A stretch of DNA of 58,889 nucleotides, taken from Acidimicrobiia bacterium. GTDB taxonomy: Bacteria; Actinomycetota; Acidimicrobiia; Acidimicrobiales; Aldehydirespiratoraceae. Positions 57,262-58,889 of this stretch are shown here, piece by piece. The notes under the pieces are model-generated. The model was not told the DNA's origin. It was given only the letters and a program-made list of their open reading frames with translations, and made no database searches. Each line of letters starts with the position of its first letter. The first letter of the stretch is position 1. The translations under genes were made by a program, and so were the position numbers. The DNA is taken from contig JAUIML010000003.1 in assembly GCA_030432715.1 (NCBI GenBank), positions 1-58,889 of the forward strand, given 5' to 3'.

Positions 57262-58053
57262 GTGCCGTTCCGACAGATCTTCACCGTCCTGCTCGCGATG
57301 ATCGTGATCCTGCTCGCCGCCCTGGTCGTGCTGAGCTGGGGCGACGACGACGGCGACACGGCCGATCCCACCGAAACCACGCTGGCGCCCGACGACGAAT
57401 CGACCAGCACCACCAGCTCCACCACCACCACGCTGGCGCCGGTGACCACCTCGATCCCCGTCGACTGCGTCTCCGATCCCGACACCCCCGATACCGAGAC
57501 CACCACGACCACCACGGGCGACGTGACCACCACGTTCAACCCCGACGGAGCCGACGATGACGAGACCGACGACGGCACCGACGACGTCGCCCTCGAGCCC
57601 ACGCTCGGGCGCAACTCCTCGCTCAGCACCGTGGGCCTCGACACCGTCACCTTCGGGCTGACCGTCAACCAGGCCGAGCGGGCCTCCGGCCATCGGATGA
57701 GCAACTGCGAACCGGTCACCGACTGCTACCGGGTCACGCCCGACGGCGCCCCGACCGGCATCAGCTTCGTGGTCGACAACGGCACCATCGAGCGGGTCGA
57801 CATCGTCGGCGACAGCCCGATCACCACGCTCTCCGGGGCCGGGATCGGCACGACCGACGAAGAGCTCGACGAGTTGTTCGGCGACCAGCTCGACCGCGTC
57901 GACCTCGGCGGCGGACGCACCGACGTCGTGTTCGTCCCCGCCGACGACAACGACCAGGAGTTCCGCGTGGCCTTCACCACCCTCGACGGTGCGGTCGAGT
58001 CGCTGCGGTCCGGGCGGGTGCCCCTCGTGCTCGAGACCGAGGCCTGCGCCTAG
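57262..58053 (+). CDS. Secreted or membrane-anchored Thr-rich hypothetical protein
   Basis: N-terminal TM, Thr/Asp-rich linker, C-terminal domain with TLSGAGIG and paired Cys. Confidence 0.8.
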   Translation: MPFRQIFTVLLAMIVILLAALVVLSWGDDDGDTADPTETTLAPDDESTSTTSSTTTTLAPVTTSIPVDCVSDPDTPDTETTTTTTGDVTTTFNPDGADDDETDDGTDDVALEPTLGRNSSLSTVGLDTVTFGLTVNQAERASGHRMSNCEPVTDCYRVTPDGAPTGISFVVDNGTIERVDIVGDSPITTLSGAGIGTTDEELDELFGDQLDRVDLGGGRTDVVFVPADDNDQEFRVAFTTLDGAVESLRSGRVPLVLETEACA

Positions 58054-58607
58054 GAGAACGGGTCGGTCGGGAGCGAGCGCACGAACCCCAGGCACTCCAC
58101 GACGACCGACCCGACACCACCCGGCACGAACTCGCCGGTGGCGAGGTCGAGATCCGTCACGAACTCGACGTCGACGAACTCGAGCCGTTCACCGTCGAAC
58201 TCGAACGGCAGCACCCCTTCGAGGCGGGGTTCGAACAGCACCGCATCGTCGCACTCCCCCCCCTGGAGGCCCACGTAGGGCTCGGCCTCGAAGGCGCGGA
58301 CACGACCCACCACGGGTTTGCCGTTGACATCCAGCCCGTTCACCGCGACCTCGACCTCGCTCGCGCCCCCGGCCGCGCAGACGGCGTCGAGCTCGTACAC
58401 GGCGGGCCCGATCTCGATCACTGCCGACGACAGCGGCACCGTGGTCGTCGTCGTCGTCACAGTTGTGGTCGGGGCCCGGGTGGTGGTGGGCGCCCGTTGA
58501 CCGGTGGGGCCGTCCTCCACCGAACACCCGGCCACGAGCAGCACCGCGGCGAGCAAGGCCGCCACGGCAAGGGTCGCCGACAGGGGCGGCAGGACGGGGC
58601 GGCGCAT
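58050..58607 (-). CDS. Hypothetical lipoprotein
   Basis: Signal with VAGC lipobox and Thr-rich linker. Confidence 0.78.
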   Translation of the reverse strand: MRRPVLPPLSATLAVAALLAAVLLVAGCSVEDGPTGQRAPTTTRAPTTTVTTTTTTVPLSSAVIEIGPAVYELDAVCAAGGASEVEVAVNGLDVNGKPVVGRVRAFEAEPYVGLQGGECDDAVLFEPRLEGVLPFEFDGERLEFVDVEFVTDLDLATGEFVPGGVGSVVVECLGFVRSLPTDPFS

Positions 58608-58634
58608 CCTTGCAGGGTAGAGCGGGTCAAAACG

Positions 58635-58667
58635 GGAAACGGACCGCCCGGTCGGCGGTCCGTTTCC
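58635..58667 (-). terminator. Intrinsic terminator hairpin
   Basis: 14-bp perfect stem GGAAACGGACCGCC/GGCGGTCCGTTTCC, followed on the minus strand by CGTTTT. Confidence 0.75.
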
Positions 58668-58799
58668 AGATGCACTCTCGGGAGTCCAATCCGACAGGTG
58701 ATCCGTTGCCGCTGAGCGGCGTCACCGGTACTACGCACGAGATGGGCCCGAGTCGCGCGATTTCTCGGATTTCTTCGCGACTGGGCCGAACGACCCAGT

Positions 58800-58889
58800 T
58801 CAGGACACGTCGGAGCGGTGGACCCGCAGCGCGCCCCGTGCCAGATGCGTGTTGGGCACGTGCACCGTGGTCCCGTCACTCTCGATCTC
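58800..58889 (-). CDS. C-terminus of a probable MscS-family channel (partial)
   Basis: EIESDGTTVHVPNTHLARGALRVHRSDVS*; DG..V.VPN motif. Confidence 0.55.
   Translation of the reverse strand, partial: EIESDGTTVHVPNTHLARGALRVHRSDVS

Overview
High-GC actinobacterial chromosomal DNA. Gene content and style suggest class Acidimicrobiia (inference). Left to right: (1) a respiratory locus with a split, cytochrome b6-type cytochrome b, subunit IV, a 2x[4Fe-4S] ferredoxin, a membrane protein and a divergent monoheme cytochrome c; (2) pgi and a YceI protein; (3) a rex-hemA-hemC-hemD(+GNAT)-...-hemB-hemL tetrapyrrole operon with a Rex operator; (4) housekeeping and accessory genes (acyl-CoA ligase, CAP protein, ABC exporter, DUF62, proC, mshA, an RsiG-like anti-sigma factor, MoaD/ThiS, an ABC1 kinase, a Baeyer-Villiger monooxygenase, MFS transporters, a sulfatase); (5) a ~20 kb Wzy-type exopolysaccharide locus with a sulfotransferase, an FkbM methylase, two paralogous secreted glycoside-hydrolase-like proteins, two flippase-like genes (one broken) and a kinase-like protein; (6) tRNA-Lys(UUU) followed by a decayed, more A/T-rich patch with a nucleotide-cyclase remnant, then a cNMP-binding protein and secreted or lipoprotein genes. 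Strongest unexplained signals: a shared N-terminal 'MTEVPEHLxKxAxEARA' leader on two unrelated respiratory subunits; a b6f-like complex co-encoded with a ferredoxin; and three sigma-28/WhiG-type promoters in front of secreted proteins (CAP and both EPS hydrolase paralogs) in a window that also encodes RsiG. Start codons were chosen by eye and family calls come from motif recognition; no database searches were run.
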